From: a virus
Direction: 5' to 3' (one strand)
UHGV virus genome: UHGV-0069791
DNA length: 15,754 nucleotides
How positions within the stretch are numbered: the stretch's first letter is position 1; every line of letters starts with the position of its first letter. The notes below the pieces were generated by a model, which had not been told where the DNA came from, ran no database searches, and saw only the letters and a list, made by a program, of their open reading frames with translations. Shown piece after piece: positions 15,534 through 15,754 of this stretch. The position numbers and the translations under genes were made by a program.

Positions 15534-15754
15534 TTTGGGGATTGATGCGGCAGAGTTTAAAAATGAAATTCCCCGTATCAAAAACCTTCTGAATGGTGCA
15601 GTCAGCGATGCAGAACGGTCTTCTGCCCGTATGCAGCGTTTTATGGAGCGTCAGACTCAGGCCGCCCGGCAGACAACGCAGGCAGCTTCTTCGGCTGCAA
15701 CAGCCGCATCCGTCCATGCGCAGACGGTGGAGAAGAACGCACAGGCTCATGAAC
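15505..15754 (+). CDS. H: Tape measure protein (lambda gpH-like), 5' portion; continues beyond the window
   Basis: MDQIANLVIDLGIDAAEFKNEIPRIKNLL resembles the lambda gpH N-terminus (MAEPVGDLVVDLSLDAARFDEQMARVRR). Open to the window end with no stop. Start overlaps the end of T. Confidence 0.85.
   Translation, partial: MDQIANLVIDLGIDAAEFKNEIPRIKNLLNGAVSDAERSSARMQRFMERQTQAARQTTQAASSAATAASVHAQTVEKNAQAHE

Larger units (their letters stand above)
1..15754 (+). mobile_element. Lambdoid prophage, late region (Q through tape measure); partial at both ends of the window
   Basis: Collinear lambda-type order: Q, lysis cassette, cos, Nu1/A terminase, W, portal, protease/capsid, Z, U, V, G, T, H. Several products align by eye with lambda proteins (gpA CPHCGE motif, gpZ, gpU, gpV, gpG, gpH N-terminus). 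Confidence 0.85.

Noticed and set aside
1-15754. CRISPR arrays, IS elements, integrase or att sites
   Set aside because: No regularly spaced direct repeats, no transposase-like ORF with terminal inverted repeats, and no integrase gene in this window. The prophage ends lie outside it.

Overview
This window looks like the late region of a lambda-like (lambdoid, cos-type siphovirus) prophage from an enterobacterial host. Everything is called by reading the sequence and the supplied ORF translations; no database search was run. Gene order on the + strand: Q antiterminator; an accessory ('moron') block with an AT-rich lipoprotein gene on the opposite strand, a small winged-helix-like ORF and an orphan N6-adenine DNA methyltransferase; a phage-21/Qin-type lysis cassette (dual-start pinholin, an unknown gene between holin and endolysin, SAR endolysin, Rz with embedded Rz1); a Rha-family regulator; about 0.6 kb of apparently non-coding DNA; a lambda-like cos site; then Nu1-like and gpA-like terminase, gpW, portal, a fused ClpP-like protease/major capsid protein, two small head-completion genes, and lambda-like tail genes Z, U, V, G, T and the 5' end of tape measure H. 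Several stem-loops with T-runs sit inside the late transcription unit, as expected for a Q-antiterminated operon. No tRNA, rRNA, CRISPR array or IS element was seen. The most interesting candidates are the accessory genes between Q and the holin, the unknown gene inside the lysis cassette, and the Rha/non-coding/cos-like region upstream of the terminase. Homology-level names for the tail, terminase and lysis genes are well supported by recognisable motifs; names for the lipoprotein, the small ORFs and the YdfR-like gene are inference.
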